Source: a virus
Lineage: Duplodnaviria; Caudoviricetes
IMG/VR virus record: IMGVR_UViG_3300049142_000092
Coordinates: 5,185-69,184 of that record
DNA: 64,000 nucleotides
Reading direction: 5' to 3' (one strand)
Part shown: one piece after another, positions 54,001-63,525 of the stretch
Layout of the letters: each line of letters opens with the position of its first letter
How positions within the stretch are numbered: position 1 is the first letter of the stretch
Made by a program: the position numbers and the translations under genes
Notes under the pieces: model-generated
The model's database searches: none
What the model was told of the DNA's origin: nothing
The model's input: the letters and a program-made list of their open reading frames with translations, nothing else

Positions 54001-54491
54001 CAGGTGAGGGCCGGGATGACGACGTTCTCGACGGGCTCCTGGGTGATGTTGAAGTCGACCCGGATGAGCGTGGCCGAGTCCATCGACCGCACCTTCGGCG
54101 CCGAGGCGACCTGGACCGGGAACACGTCCATGGTGTTGGTCGGCACGTCACCGGAGTCCATCCACACGATGAAGCCGACCGTGTCGCGCGGGAACACCGC
54201 GCGAGCGTCGTCGCCGTCCTCGTCCGCGTAGAACGACAGCGACGAGTCCTCGGCCGTGATCGCACCGGCGATCGAGGACACGAACCGGGACACCATGTCC
54301 GGCGTGTCGATCTTCTCCGAGGTCGTCGACCACCCTTCCATCTCCGCGATCTCACGGGTCAGGTCGGTCCCGGCGTTGATCTCCGGACGGGTCGGGTTCA
54401 GGTTCGAGGCCACGATCGTCGGCAGGAACAGGCACTGCGTGTGGCCGACGGTGTAGAACCTGGTGCTCTTCGGGATCGGGGTCGCGGGCAT
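54000..54491 (-). CDS. major tail protein
   Basis: PTRPEINAGTDLT..I....GW....IDTPD...I.G......SLSFY actinophage tail-tube pattern. Confidence 0.88.
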   Translation of the reverse strand: MPATPIPKSTRFYTVGHTQCLFLPTIVASNLNPTRPEINAGTDLTREIAEMEGWSTTSEKIDTPDMVSRFVSSIAGAITAEDSSLSFYADEDGDDARAVFPRDTVGFIVWMDSGDVPTNTMDVFPVQVASAPKVRSMDSATLIRVDFNITQEPVENVVIPALT

Positions 54492-54682
54492 CAGGCGTTA
54501 CCTGCCTTCTTCGAATCGGCCGTGGGCACACCTGCGTCCGCGACCTTCTTCTCGTCCTCCTTCGAGGCGAGCTGCCAGCCGCGCTCCTGCCAGTGCTTGA
54601 CCGAGATCGGCGCGACGCGCGCAGGGGGCGCGTCCTTGAGGTCCGGGTGCTTGATCTCCACCCATTCGTCGTGCTCCGCCAT
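54491..54682 (-). CDS. small hypothetical virion protein
   Basis: MAEHDEWVEIKHPDL...WQERGW. Confidence 0.7.
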   Translation of the reverse strand: MAEHDEWVEIKHPDLKDAPPARVAPISVKHWQERGWQLASKEDEKKVADAGVPTADSKKAGNA

Positions 54683-54761
54683 GCGGGTTCTTCCTTCCTG
54701 GACGTGTCCGGACATGCCGAACGGCCGCACGGCGGTGCCGAGCGGTGCAACTGCGAGGTGG

Positions 54762-55193
54762 TCAGAGAACGTCGACGGCCACGGTGAACCGCACGTCGAC
54801 CACCAGGACGCCGTTCTCGGCGCGCCAGGGCTCATAGGTCGAGCCCGCGAACCGAGCGCGGGTGACCGCCCGGCCCAGCGACGGGTCGGCGTCCAACTCC
54901 TCACGTACAGCGTCGATCAGCCGGTACGTGCGTGTGCGTTGGTCGCGCGCCGATGCGTTGCCCGACCAGGACCGGGCCAGGCACAGCACTGGGAATGACT
55001 CCGACGAACTGTTCAGGCCGGAGATGAACTCCGTCGACTCGACCCCGACGACATCCTCGGGCGCCATGCCGACCGCGATCAGGTCGCCGGTCGCGTTCTG
55101 GGTCGGCGGACCGTCGATGATGGTCGCTGTACCCGTGAAGCGACGTTCGAACTTGGCCACCAGGGCATCGATCGCAGCAGGTACGGCGCTCAC
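54762..55193 (-). CDS. tail terminator-like protein
   Basis: Position upstream of the MTP; ADPSLGRAV motif. Confidence 0.7.
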   Translation of the reverse strand: MSAVPAAIDALVAKFERRFTGTATIIDGPPTQNATGDLIAVGMAPEDVVGVESTEFISGLNSSSESFPVLCLARSWSGNASARDQRTRTYRLIDAVREELDADPSLGRAVTRARFAGSTYEPWRAENGVLVVDVRFTVAVDVL

Positions 55194-55978
55194 GGCCGGT
55201 TCGCCGCCTTCCCGCCGAGCAACTGCGCGGCCTGGTTCGGGATCAGGTACCCCCGGCCGGGCACGGTCGCAACCGTCTCAGCGCCGCCGAACCCAGGCGC
55301 GGCCGGGGCGGCCGGACGCTGCGTCGTCCACAGGTGCGCGGCGATGATCGCGGTCGCGGTCTGGACGTGCTCGGGGACCTCGGTCGGGCCCGCCGTGTAG
55401 GTCACGGTCACCCATCCGTCGGCCAGGCCGGTGATCGCACCGGTGAACCCGTTGATCGCGTCGCTGGTCGGCACGTCCAGCTCGGTGCCGTCCAGGGCGG
55501 TCACGGCCGTCACCGTGACCACCGGCGGGCGCAGGTAGCCGACCCCGCCGATCACGTACACCTCTTCGGTCAGGGTGCGCCGGGCCCAGACCTGGCCGGT
55601 GTACTCCTCGACCACCAGTGAGGCGGTGTCGATGAACTCGCGCAGCTCATCGTCCTCGACCAGGTCGTCCTTGTTTAGGAACGCTTTCAGTTCGTCGAGC
55701 GAGATCAGCGCGACCGGTTCGAGGGCCGAGGCGACGTTCAGCACGTCGGTCTGACTGGCCGTCACCTCGTCGGTGGCACGCCACCGCACCACGTGTCGAC
55801 CCACAACTGTGGGCACGACCGTGGTGGCGTAGGCGCCCAGGCTGACGCGCTCGACCGTGAGCGGACTGCTGATCCCACCGGGGGTCACGAGCGTGGCCGT
55901 GACGGTGGCGTCGGTCAGCTCGCGTGCGTGGTCGAGGACGCGCCAGCTCAGCCGGACCGCGTCCCCGACCTCGTACAC
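55190..55978 (-). CDS. head-tail connector (gp6-like) with N-terminal Ig-like domain
   Basis: ISLDELKAFLN...DDELREFIDTAS..VE.YTG; VTVTYTAG...PEHV..A. Confidence 0.8.
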   Translation of the reverse strand: MYEVGDAVRLSWRVLDHARELTDATVTATLVTPGGISSPLTVERVSLGAYATTVVPTVVGRHVVRWRATDEVTASQTDVLNVASALEPVALISLDELKAFLNKDDLVEDDELREFIDTASLVVEEYTGQVWARRTLTEEVYVIGGVGYLRPPVVTVTAVTALDGTELDVPTSDAINGFTGAITGLADGWVTVTYTAGPTEVPEHVQTATAIIAAHLWTTQRPAAPAAPGFGGAETVATVPGRGYLIPNQAAQLLGGKAANRP

Positions 55979-55979
55979 G

Positions 55980-56354
55980 TCAGGCCTTGTCCGAGTCGGC
56001 CGAGCGCGCCTTGTTTCGGCGGGCCGGGGCCTTCTTCGACTCCGACTGCGGCGGGGTGGCCTCGGACTCGACCTCAGAGTCGGTCGTGGCGTACGACGGC
56101 TGGGTGATCGGCTGCCGCTCGGCCGGCTTGACGTCGCCGATCCGCTTGGCGCGGTCGCCGTACTCCTCGGCCTCCTCCTCAGAGAGCTTGACCGTGGTCG
56201 TGAAGTTGCGGTGCTGCACCTCGTACAGCGCGAGCTCGGCCACCGGGGGCCTCCTCTTGGTCTGAGCTGGGACGTCGAAGACGTGTTGCGTGGGCGCGCC
56301 TGCCCCGCATGCAGCGTGCGGGGTGTCGCACACGGGGCAGACGCGCGCCATCAG
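55980..56354 (-). CDS. hypothetical virion protein
   Basis: CPVCD...; C-terminal KKAPARRNKAR; position after the capsid. Confidence 0.65.
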   Translation of the reverse strand: MMARVCPVCDTPHAACGAGAPTQHVFDVPAQTKRRPPVAELALYEVQHRNFTTTVKLSEEEAEEYGDRAKRIGDVKPAERQPITQPSYATTDSEVESEATPPQSESKKAPARRNKARSADSDKA

Positions 56355-56539
56355 GAGCTGATGATCCCGGCCTTGCGGCACTCCGCCAGGAGCGCGTTCA
56401 GCTTCGTCTTCAGCTCGTTGATCAGATCCGCCTCGGGCTGCCCGTAGGTGGCGTCCGCGTTGGCGGTGGCCACGTTCGCCACCGCAACCTCGGCGTAATC
56501 GCCCCGCCGGGCACCGGCGGAGGTGTTCAGATAGGCCAT
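56351..56539 (-). CDS. small head fibre/decoration-like protein
   Basis: AEVAVANVA...INELKTKLNALLAECRKAGII. Confidence 0.65.
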   Translation of the reverse strand: MAYLNTSAGARRGDYAEVAVANVATANADATYGQPEADLINELKTKLNALLAECRKAGIISS

Positions 56540-56553
56540 GTCAGGTCCTCCGA

Positions 56554-57894
56554 TCAGGCCGTCAGGTCAACCTCGACGAAGGCATTCGGCTGAAGCACAC
56601 CGAAGGCCGCCCTCATCTCAGCGAGGATCGCGACCAGGTTCCGCACGAAGAAGTCCGCGTGCGAGTCCGTGGTCGTGATCGTGGACGCCTGCCGGTCCCA
56701 GAGCACAGCCTTCGTCCAGTCACCGACGTACGCCGTGCCCGCGGGCACGGCCTCGGACTGGACGATGGGCAGACCCCACAGCGACGGCGCAACGCCGGCC
56801 GAGAACGGGCCACTGCCGTAGTAGCGGCCCTCGTTGTCCTGCAGCAGGTCGACGGTCTCCAGGTCGGCCGGGTTCATCACGTACCCGTTCGGGTTCGCCC
56901 GGCCGACCAGCTGCACCTTGGTCTTGGCCTTGCGCAGCGTGGTGAGGATGTTGGTGTCCCAGGCCTGGGCCTGCACACCGGAGACGTTCGCGAGGCCCTC
57001 GAAGTTCTCGCCGGAGCCGTCCCCGGCGATCATCTGGTCTTCGAGTTCCTCCTCGAGGCCGTACTCGAGGAACCCGTCGATCAGGGTGACCATCTGCGCG
57101 GCGTCGGCCAGAGCACGCTTGGTCACCGGGATCCAGTGCGCGATCGTGCGGACCGGCGTGCTGTAGCGGGCCACAGCAAGGCCGGACTCCGGCTTGTACC
57201 CGCCGCCCGCGGCCTGCACGAGCGCCCCGGCACCACCAGGCGCGGTCGGCAGGGCCGAGGTCGTGGCCTCCGGGACGGGCGCGGCGTTGTTCGTGATCGA
57301 GGTGACGCGCACGTACTCGATCGAGTCCGAGGTCGTGGTGCCGTTGGTGACCAGGTTCCGCAGCGTGAGCGGGCGCTGGAACGGCTCCATCCCGACCTGC
57401 AGGCCGAGGTCGTCCGCGCGGACGAACGCACCACCAGAGGTGTCGGACGTGCCCGTGACGAGCGCCTTCTGGCCGTGCGCACCGATCAGGTTCTTGAACC
57501 CGACCGGGCGGACGTTGATCCGCTGGTTCTTGCGGAACTCACCACCGGACGCCTGCGCCTCGTCGACCAGGCCCTTGTACTCGGCCGACTCGACGTAGTG
57601 CTGACCGACCGACTTGCGGCCGGGCACGATCAGGCCGGACGGGGTGACCCGCTCGCCGGACTTCTCGTTCAGGCCGATCTCGTCGCCGAGCCCACTCATG
57701 GCCGCCTTGACGGCCTCGTCCGCCTTCGCCCGGTCGAGCTTGGCCTTGGCCTCGTTCGCCTTGCCCATCAGCTCGGTCAGCGCGGTGCGCTCGACGTCGG
57801 TGTACTCCCGGTTCTCGGCCTCGGCCTTCGCCGCGATCTCCCGGGCCTCGACGAGATGCTTGCGCAGCTCGCCCTTCACGCTCTCGATGTCCAC
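56554..57894 (-). CDS. major capsid protein (HK97 fold)
   Basis: N-terminal coiled-coil delta domain; GGAFV...; VRTIAHWIPVT; DFFVRNLVAILAEMRAAFGV..P.AF. Confidence 0.95.
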   Translation of the reverse strand: MDIESVKGELRKHLVEAREIAAKAEAENREYTDVERTALTELMGKANEAKAKLDRAKADEAVKAAMSGLGDEIGLNEKSGERVTPSGLIVPGRKSVGQHYVESAEYKGLVDEAQASGGEFRKNQRINVRPVGFKNLIGAHGQKALVTGTSDTSGGAFVRADDLGLQVGMEPFQRPLTLRNLVTNGTTTSDSIEYVRVTSITNNAAPVPEATTSALPTAPGGAGALVQAAGGGYKPESGLAVARYSTPVRTIAHWIPVTKRALADAAQMVTLIDGFLEYGLEEELEDQMIAGDGSGENFEGLANVSGVQAQAWDTNILTTLRKAKTKVQLVGRANPNGYVMNPADLETVDLLQDNEGRYYGSGPFSAGVAPSLWGLPIVQSEAVPAGTAYVGDWTKAVLWDRQASTITTTDSHADFFVRNLVAILAEMRAAFGVLQPNAFVEVDLTA

Positions 57895-57905
57895 TGGGGT
57901 TCTCC

Positions 57906-58802
57906 TCAGATCGTGTACGAATCGAGCTCGAGCAGTGCGAGCTCGGTGCGCAGACGCTCGGAGGCGGAACCGGCCGGTGCGGGCTCGTTGCTCTTGGTCT
58001 CCGGAGCGGCCTGTTCGGCGGCCTGGGGGACCTCGGGCGTGGCGGGCGTGGTCGGGCTGGCCTTCTCGGCGTTGCTGTCGGCGACGGACTCTCCGTCACC
58101 GGTGGCCTCGGCCTTGACCGAGGCCAGCAGTTCCGAGGCCAGGCGCGCGATTTCCGCGACCCGGTCCTCGTTCTGCTTCGACAGGACGCGGCCGGCCTTC
58201 TGGCCGGTGGCGCTGTCGGTCGTCTTCATCGGAGTGACGAGATCACCCGCGGGTGCGGGCGGGAGGCCCATCCGCTCGCGGGCCTCGTTCACGGTCATGA
58301 ACGACTGCTCGTGCTTCACGTCCAGTAGCGCGGTTGCGCGATTTGCTCCGATGAGGCAGGGCCCCACTTCATGGAGCGTGAGCCTGTGCAGCTCCTGCAC
58401 ATCGGTGCCGTCGTCCTTCTTGCCCGGCCGCGCCTCGTCGATGTCGTACGCGAAGCTGAACGACTTTACCCGGCGACCCTTGAGCAGCCGGTACACCTGG
58501 GCAGCCTTCGGGGCGTCGGTGTCGATTCGGGCCCGCACCCAGAGCCCCTCGGGGCGCTCCTCGGCCTTCTCGACATAGCCGATGTGGTAGTCCGGGTCAT
58601 CGCTCTTGTGCGACCAGATGACCGGGATTGGCGAGCCGGACGCCTCCCACGCGTCAAGCGACGCCTTGAACGCGCCGGGCACGATGCGGTCGCCGACTGA
58701 GTCGACGTTGTACGCGGCGACGATCGCCTCGAACACGCCCTCCTCGGTGCCCTCATGGGTGCCCGCGGCCTTGATCGTGGCCGAGCACGTCTTGACCTGC
58801 AT
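57906..58802 (-). CDS. HK97-family prohead protease with C-terminal extension
   Basis: FEAIVAAYN.D...D.I..GAF; WSH; GLWV; SFSFAY; LHEVGPCLIGAN. Confidence 0.92.
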   Translation of the reverse strand: MQVKTCSATIKAAGTHEGTEEGVFEAIVAAYNVDSVGDRIVPGAFKASLDAWEASGSPIPVIWSHKSDDPDYHIGYVEKAEERPEGLWVRARIDTDAPKAAQVYRLLKGRRVKSFSFAYDIDEARPGKKDDGTDVQELHRLTLHEVGPCLIGANRATALLDVKHEQSFMTVNEARERMGLPPAPAGDLVTPMKTTDSATGQKAGRVLSKQNEDRVAEIARLASELLASVKAEATGDGESVADSNAEKASPTTPATPEVPQAAEQAAPETKSNEPAPAGSASERLRTELALLELDSYTI

Positions 58803-58830
58803 GGACGCGTTCCCTTCGTGTGGCTGGCAA

Positions 58831-58860
58831 GCAAAAGGCCCCGCCGTAGCGAGGGCCTTG
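58831..58860 (-). terminator. rho-independent terminator-like hairpin
   Basis: Minus strand aaggccc...gggcctttt. Confidence 0.55.
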
Positions 58861-58877
58861 CTCCTAGCCACCGAGGG

Positions 58878-59579
58878 CTAGGCGGTTGTTCGGACTCTCT
58901 GTGCTGGCACGAACGGCCAGCGCCCTGCCTTACCGCTGTTACACGGCCGACAAGCGGGCCGGAGGTTAGCGAGCATGTTCGGGCCACCAGCCACGATCGG
59001 CTTTACGTGGTCCACAGTGGTTCCCAACTGACCGCAGATCCAGCATCGGTTGCCGTAGTAGGAGAGGCGCTGCAGCAACTGCTCCGGCGTGAACGCCACT
59101 TGCGGCACCGAACGCAGCCGAGCGCGGCGCACCGCTGCCGTCGCGGCGGCAATCATCCGGTAGTACTCGGGCCTCTTGGCCTTAGCCCTCTCGATGCTCG
59201 CCCGGCTACGGGCCGGGTCGCGCGCATAGTAGGCGGCCACGTAGGCGAGGCGACTCTCGCGGTTCTGCTGGTAGAAGCGTCGCTTGCTAGCGCGGACAGC
59301 CTCCTGGTTCCGCTTCGCGTACTGACGGACCCTCAGGCGGATCGGATCCGGATCAGCCGCGTACTGAGCCTTGCGCTTCGCACTGATCGTCTCGCGGTTC
59401 GCGCGGCCGTATCGGCGAGCGTTCGCAGCGTTGCAGGCCTTGCACCAGGGGTTGAGGCCGTCGCGACGGTTCTTGTCTCGGCCGAAGCCGTCGAGCGGCT
59501 TAGTCTCGTTGCACTTCGTGCAGGTCTTGCAGACAGGCGTAGCCTGGTTCATGTCAACCTGCTTCCTCAGGTTGGCCAC
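58878..59579 (-). CDS. HNH endonuclease
   Basis: CTKC.ETKPL..F...DG...WCKAC; CWICG...DHVKPI..GG....NL..AC..CN. Confidence 0.9.
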   Translation of the reverse strand: MANLRKQVDMNQATPVCKTCTKCNETKPLDGFGRDKNRRDGLNPWCKACNAANARRYGRANRETISAKRKAQYAADPDPIRLRVRQYAKRNQEAVRASKRRFYQQNRESRLAYVAAYYARDPARSRASIERAKAKRPEYYRMIAAATAAVRRARLRSVPQVAFTPEQLLQRLSYYGNRCWICGQLGTTVDHVKPIVAGGPNMLANLRPACRPCNSGKAGRWPFVPAQRVRTTA

Positions 59580-59655
59580 AGCCCGGGGGTGTTACCAGCA
59601 CCCGCCGGGCCCTTACTTACACTGATGATATTACCAGTTTCAGCAGGTCAAAGCT

Positions 59656-60345
59656 TCAGCCAGCCTCATTCAAGGTCACTGCTACCTGGATCTCCGACCA
59701 GGCTCGCGGGCCATGCTTCAGGTAGCCGATCGCAGCCGTCAGGTTGGCGATGTCGTCGCGCGCATGACCGAGCATGGTGTTGCACCGGGTGCATAGCAGC
59801 CCCCGCACTCTGCCTGTCTTGTGATCGTGGTCGACGTGCGCCCGGATGTCGATCGAGTCATAACAGATGCCGCAGGCGTGCATCTGTCGTTCGAGCATCA
59901 CGCGCACGTCATCGTCTGAGACCCCATACTTGCGGAGCCGCTTCTCGGAGCGGAATCGGGCTGGGTCAGCCTGGTACCGCGCCCGGTTCCGAGCCTGGAT
60001 CTGCTCGCGGTTCTCCGTCCGGTACCGCTGACGCGCCTCCGCATAGCGCGGGTTGTAGGCGTTCATGCAGACGCGGCAAAAGTCCTGTCTCCCATCTCGT
60101 TTCGTCGAGTTTCGACGGAACGCAGACAAGGGCTTGGTCTCCTGGCATCGATAGCACTTCTTCGGCTGCGACTCGTCCGACACGCTTACCGCCGCGTTCC
60201 GTTGCCGGTGCTCAGCTCGCTTCTGCGCACGCCACCGCGCGCCGTTCGCGTTCTTGCACGTACGGCAGACACGGTTGCCGTCGCTCGGCCGAACCCAGAC
60301 GTTCTCGTCCGTTAGTTCGTGCCCGTGCCTACACCGGTCAATCAC
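59656..60345 (-). CDS. endonuclease VII-domain homing endonuclease
   Basis: Q..ACGIC...HVDHDHKTGRVRGLLCTRCNTMLG; shares the N-terminal CxxC-ETKPL domain with its neighbour. Confidence 0.9.
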   Translation of the reverse strand: MIDRCRHGHELTDENVWVRPSDGNRVCRTCKNANGARWRAQKRAEHRQRNAAVSVSDESQPKKCYRCQETKPLSAFRRNSTKRDGRQDFCRVCMNAYNPRYAEARQRYRTENREQIQARNRARYQADPARFRSEKRLRKYGVSDDDVRVMLERQMHACGICYDSIDIRAHVDHDHKTGRVRGLLCTRCNTMLGHARDDIANLTAAIGYLKHGPRAWSEIQVAVTLNEAG

Positions 60346-61622
60346 TCCCCGCCCTCCACGGCGCGTAAACGGGCGCGTGGGGACACGCCCTCGGTCAGTT
60401 CGATCTGCCCCTGCGGGGGCGGTGCGGAGTCCGTGGGCGACGCCTGGCCGCCCTCGAGCACGTTCAACGGGGTGATCAGCTCATCGCCCTCGGGGACCTG
60501 CGGCAGATTCAGCCGGGCACGGGCCTCGTTGCGGGTCATGTACGGAGCCCCGACCGCGGTCTGCAGCTGCACCGACTGCTCCTCGAAGCTGCCCTTGAGC
60601 TTCTCGGCCAGGTTGAACTCGACGTACAGGTCCTCGGTCCCGGCGAAGTCCGGCAGCAGCTGCAGTGCGAGCTCCTGCTCGATCATCGACAGCCACGGGC
60701 CGAGGGTGTCCTGATACAGCATCTTGTGCTGCTCGGTGATGTTCGAGTAGGTGGCGTTCTCCAGGATCCCGACCAAGGTCAGCGGCACGTGATAGGCGGC
60801 CGTGACCTCCTCGCGGGTCAACCGACGGGACTCGACGTACTGCGCGTCGCGCGGGTTCACGGCAGCGGGCGTGTACGTCATGCCGTCCTCGAGGATCGGC
60901 GTTCCGCCCACCCGGGACCCGTCGCCCGAGTACTGGGCCTGCCACTGCGAGCGGAACCGCTCCTTAGCCGTCGCGCTCCACTGCGGGGCGTCGGCCGGGC
61001 GCTGCAGGTACCCGCTCAACCGGGCCCCGTTGCGCCACAGCTGCTCGCGGTAGAGCGTGGCCTGGTACTCCTCGGCCAGCCGCGTGCGCAACGTCTCCAA
61101 CGGGCTGATGCCCTGCCGCGCGTCCACCGGGGAGTAACCCCGGAAGTGCACCACGTCCTCGGGTTTGAATTCGGCCTTGGCGACCTTGAACCCGTCCGGA
61201 GCGAACGGGTTCTTGCCGATCAGCTGAACCTGCGCAGGGTCGAGGCGGACCAGGCCGGCAGGCTGGTCCTTCGGCCGGAACTTCAAGATGAACGCGTTGT
61301 CGTAGATGGCCAGGTCGCTGACCAGTGCCTCGACGAACCGGTACGGCGTCGTCTTCGGGTTCGGCCGGGCAAGTAGCTCCGCCAACGGGTGGTCGAGCAC
61401 GCGCTCGCGGTCCACGTCGGACACCCGCTTATACACGTGCAGGCCGAGCTGGGCGATGTTGCGGGCCAGAAAGCCCACAACCGTGCGCACCGCCGGCTGG
61501 GACTTCCACAGCTGGGCGTAGGTCTCGGACAGCGAGTCACCCAGGCGCACCGGGGCGAACCCGCCACCGGCCGTAGGCTTGTACAGCTCCGTGATCCGGC
61601 CTTCGGAGATCGAGAACGCCAT
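60342..61622 (-). CDS. portal protein (HK97 family)
   Basis: V...V..LA..IAQL.L.VY; PNP; V.HFR; G.SP; NGA; ILEDGM; MTRNEAR. Confidence 0.95.
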   Translation of the reverse strand: MAFSISEGRITELYKPTAGGGFAPVRLGDSLSETYAQLWKSQPAVRTVVGFLARNIAQLGLHVYKRVSDVDRERVLDHPLAELLARPNPKTTPYRFVEALVSDLAIYDNAFILKFRPKDQPAGLVRLDPAQVQLIGKNPFAPDGFKVAKAEFKPEDVVHFRGYSPVDARQGISPLETLRTRLAEEYQATLYREQLWRNGARLSGYLQRPADAPQWSATAKERFRSQWQAQYSGDGSRVGGTPILEDGMTYTPAAVNPRDAQYVESRRLTREEVTAAYHVPLTLVGILENATYSNITEQHKMLYQDTLGPWLSMIEQELALQLLPDFAGTEDLYVEFNLAEKLKGSFEEQSVQLQTAVGAPYMTRNEARARLNLPQVPEGDELITPLNVLEGGQASPTDSAPPPQGQIELTEGVSPRARLRAVEGGE

Positions 61623-61906
61623 CAGTCAGGCACCGCCTGGACGTACTCGACGCGCGCGCGTTCGATCACGACGTCTCCGTCCATCTTGGTCGGCTCCGTG
61701 CCGGGTTCGAACAGCTCCGCGCCCTTGATGACGATCCGGTTCGCCTTCGTGGTCCACAGCGTCCCGACCACCGCGCGGCCGGTGTCCAGCTGCACGAGCA
61801 CCCGGCGGCGCACGACGAGACGTCGCGACCACAGCAGGTCGACGAGGTGCCACCCGCACGCAGCCGCGATCGCGAGCACGCCGAGGGCCAGGACGACGAG
61901 CTCCAC
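61622..61906 (-). CDS. small TM-anchored Sm-like protein between terminase and portal
   Basis: TM followed by RRVLVQLDTGRAVVGTL...IERARVEYVQ. Confidence 0.75.
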   Translation of the reverse strand: MELVVLALGVLAIAAACGWHLVDLLWSRRLVVRRRVLVQLDTGRAVVGTLWTTKANRIVIKGAELFEPGTEPTKMDGDVVIERARVEYVQAVPD

Positions 61907-61933
61907 GCGCTGTCCTCCTGGGATGATGGGTCG

Positions 61934-62092
61934 ATGGGTAGACCACGGGACGCCGAGCACGCCGAGGACTGGCTGTACGAGCGGGCAGAAGAGGCCGCAG
62001 CCGTCGGCCTGCCGCTGGACAAGGCACTGCAGGCCGTACGGGACGGGTACTCCAGCATCGAGGCTGACCGCACGATCGCCGAGGATCCCTAG
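61934..62092 (+). CDS. small antisense ORF within the packaging operon
   Basis: MGRPRDAEHAEDWLYERAEEAAAVG...; exactly fills the gap and abuts the terL stop. Confidence 0.45.
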   Translation: MGRPRDAEHAEDWLYERAEEAAAVGLPLDKALQAVRDGYSSIEADRTIAEDP

Positions 62093-63525
62093 ACCACGAC
62101 CAAGTCGTCGTCCTCGTAGGCCGAGCGCTTCTCCGGCGCACCGTGCGTGGCCACGCCGTGCCACGCGAGCGTGACCGCGACCAACGGGCTGATGTCCACC
62201 GTGGAATCCCGCCGGTGCCACGCCCACGCGTCGCTCAGGTGACGCTTGCGAGCCCCGGACAGGGCCGCATTGAGCTGCGGCTGATCGATGTGGCGCAGCG
62301 CGCCGTTCTCGACCACGTCCTCGTACAGCGCGCCACAGGCCTGCGCCATCTCCCGGCCGGTGATGAGCACCGGCTCAATGCCGCGCTCCTGCAGGGCCGG
62401 GATCCACGCGCCCGCAGCCGAGGCCGGGTCCAGGACCCAGGCCCGGGGCTTGTGCCGCTGGTGCAGTTCCACGACCCGGTCCACGACCCAGCCGGTGCCG
62501 CTACGCATGTCGGCGACCTCGACGTGGCCCAGCCCGTCCTTGCGCCGGCCAGCGACCGCGATCGCGGCCCCTGAGCGCTCCGGTGTGGCGTCCACGGCGA
62601 ATACCCGGGGCCCGTCGATCCGGGAGTCCAGATCGGCCAGCGCAGCCCACTTGCGGCCGTCGATGACCATCTGGGCACTCGGGTCGAACCAGATCCCGAG
62701 CCGCTCCCGGCTGAACCCGGTGTCGTCCATCGCGTCCCGTTCGGACTCGATGAACTCCTCGGTGATCCGGATCCCGAGCGCCGGGTTGGCCTGCGCCCAG
62801 GCCGCACGGTCGTCCAGGTCCACGTCGGCCGGGGCCGACCACTCGAAGTAGGCCAACCGTTTGGACTCGCCCGCCAGACCGCGTTCACGGACCCTCCGCA
62901 GCTGGTCCGAGGACGCCATGCCGGCTGAGGACGTGTACCAGATCTGCGGGTTCGGGCGAGCACTCAGCGTAGGCAGCAACGCGGACATGCCCTCGGACGC
63001 CAGGTTGTAGGCCTCGTCCAGAATCACCGTGTCCCCGGAGAAGCCGCGGCCCGAGCCCGTCGAACGGGCCACGAAGCGTAGTCGGGCACCGGACTTGAGC
63101 TCGATGCCCTCCTCGCCGTGCGAGGTGCGCACCCGGGCGACACGTTTCCGCAGGTCAGAGGCGTTTTCCACGTGCGCGAGCACGCGCCGGAACGCCTCCT
63201 GGGCGGTCTTGAACTCGTGCGCGGAGTGCAGGATCAGGCCCTCGCCGAACAGGAACAGGCCGGCCAGCTCGCGCGCCTCCAGGATCGCGCCCTTGCCGTT
63301 CTGCCGAGGCACCAGAACGGCCACCTCGAACGCTGCGTACTTACCGTCACGGCGCTCGCCGAGCGACTCGCGCACCACGTGGCGCTGCCACGGGTCCAGA
63401 TGCAGGCCGATCGAGGTGCAAAAGTCGACCGCCTCCTCGCCGGCGGACGAAACATACTCCGGGACCAGCTCAACCCGCGGGCGCTGCCCGCCTACGAGCT
63501 GCTCTGCGGGCGAGGAGGTCGTCAA
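62089..63525 (-). CDS. terL: terminase large subunit
   Basis: LDPWQ; Walker A VPRQNGKG; Walker B VILDEA; nuclease region DISPLVAVTLA. Confidence 0.97.
   Translation of the reverse strand: MTTSSPAEQLVGGQRPRVELVPEYVSSAGEEAVDFCTSIGLHLDPWQRHVVRESLGERRDGKYAAFEVAVLVPRQNGKGAILEARELAGLFLFGEGLILHSAHEFKTAQEAFRRVLAHVENASDLRKRVARVRTSHGEEGIELKSGARLRFVARSTGSGRGFSGDTVILDEAYNLASEGMSALLPTLSARPNPQIWYTSSAGMASSDQLRRVRERGLAGESKRLAYFEWSAPADVDLDDRAAWAQANPALGIRITEEFIESERDAMDDTGFSRERLGIWFDPSAQMVIDGRKWAALADLDSRIDGPRVFAVDATPERSGAAIAVAGRRKDGLGHVEVADMRSGTGWVVDRVVELHQRHKPRAWVLDPASAAGAWIPALQERGIEPVLITGREMAQACGALYEDVVENGALRHIDQPQLNAALSGARKRHLSDAWAWHRRDSTVDISPLVAVTLAWHGVATHGAPEKRSAYEDDDLVVV

Noticed and set aside
58878-60345. 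Group I introns or inteins hosting the endonucleases
   Set aside because: Portal and protease are each complete on either side; the endonucleases are free-standing ORFs; no intein C1/HN motifs were seen in terL, relaxase or the hub protein.
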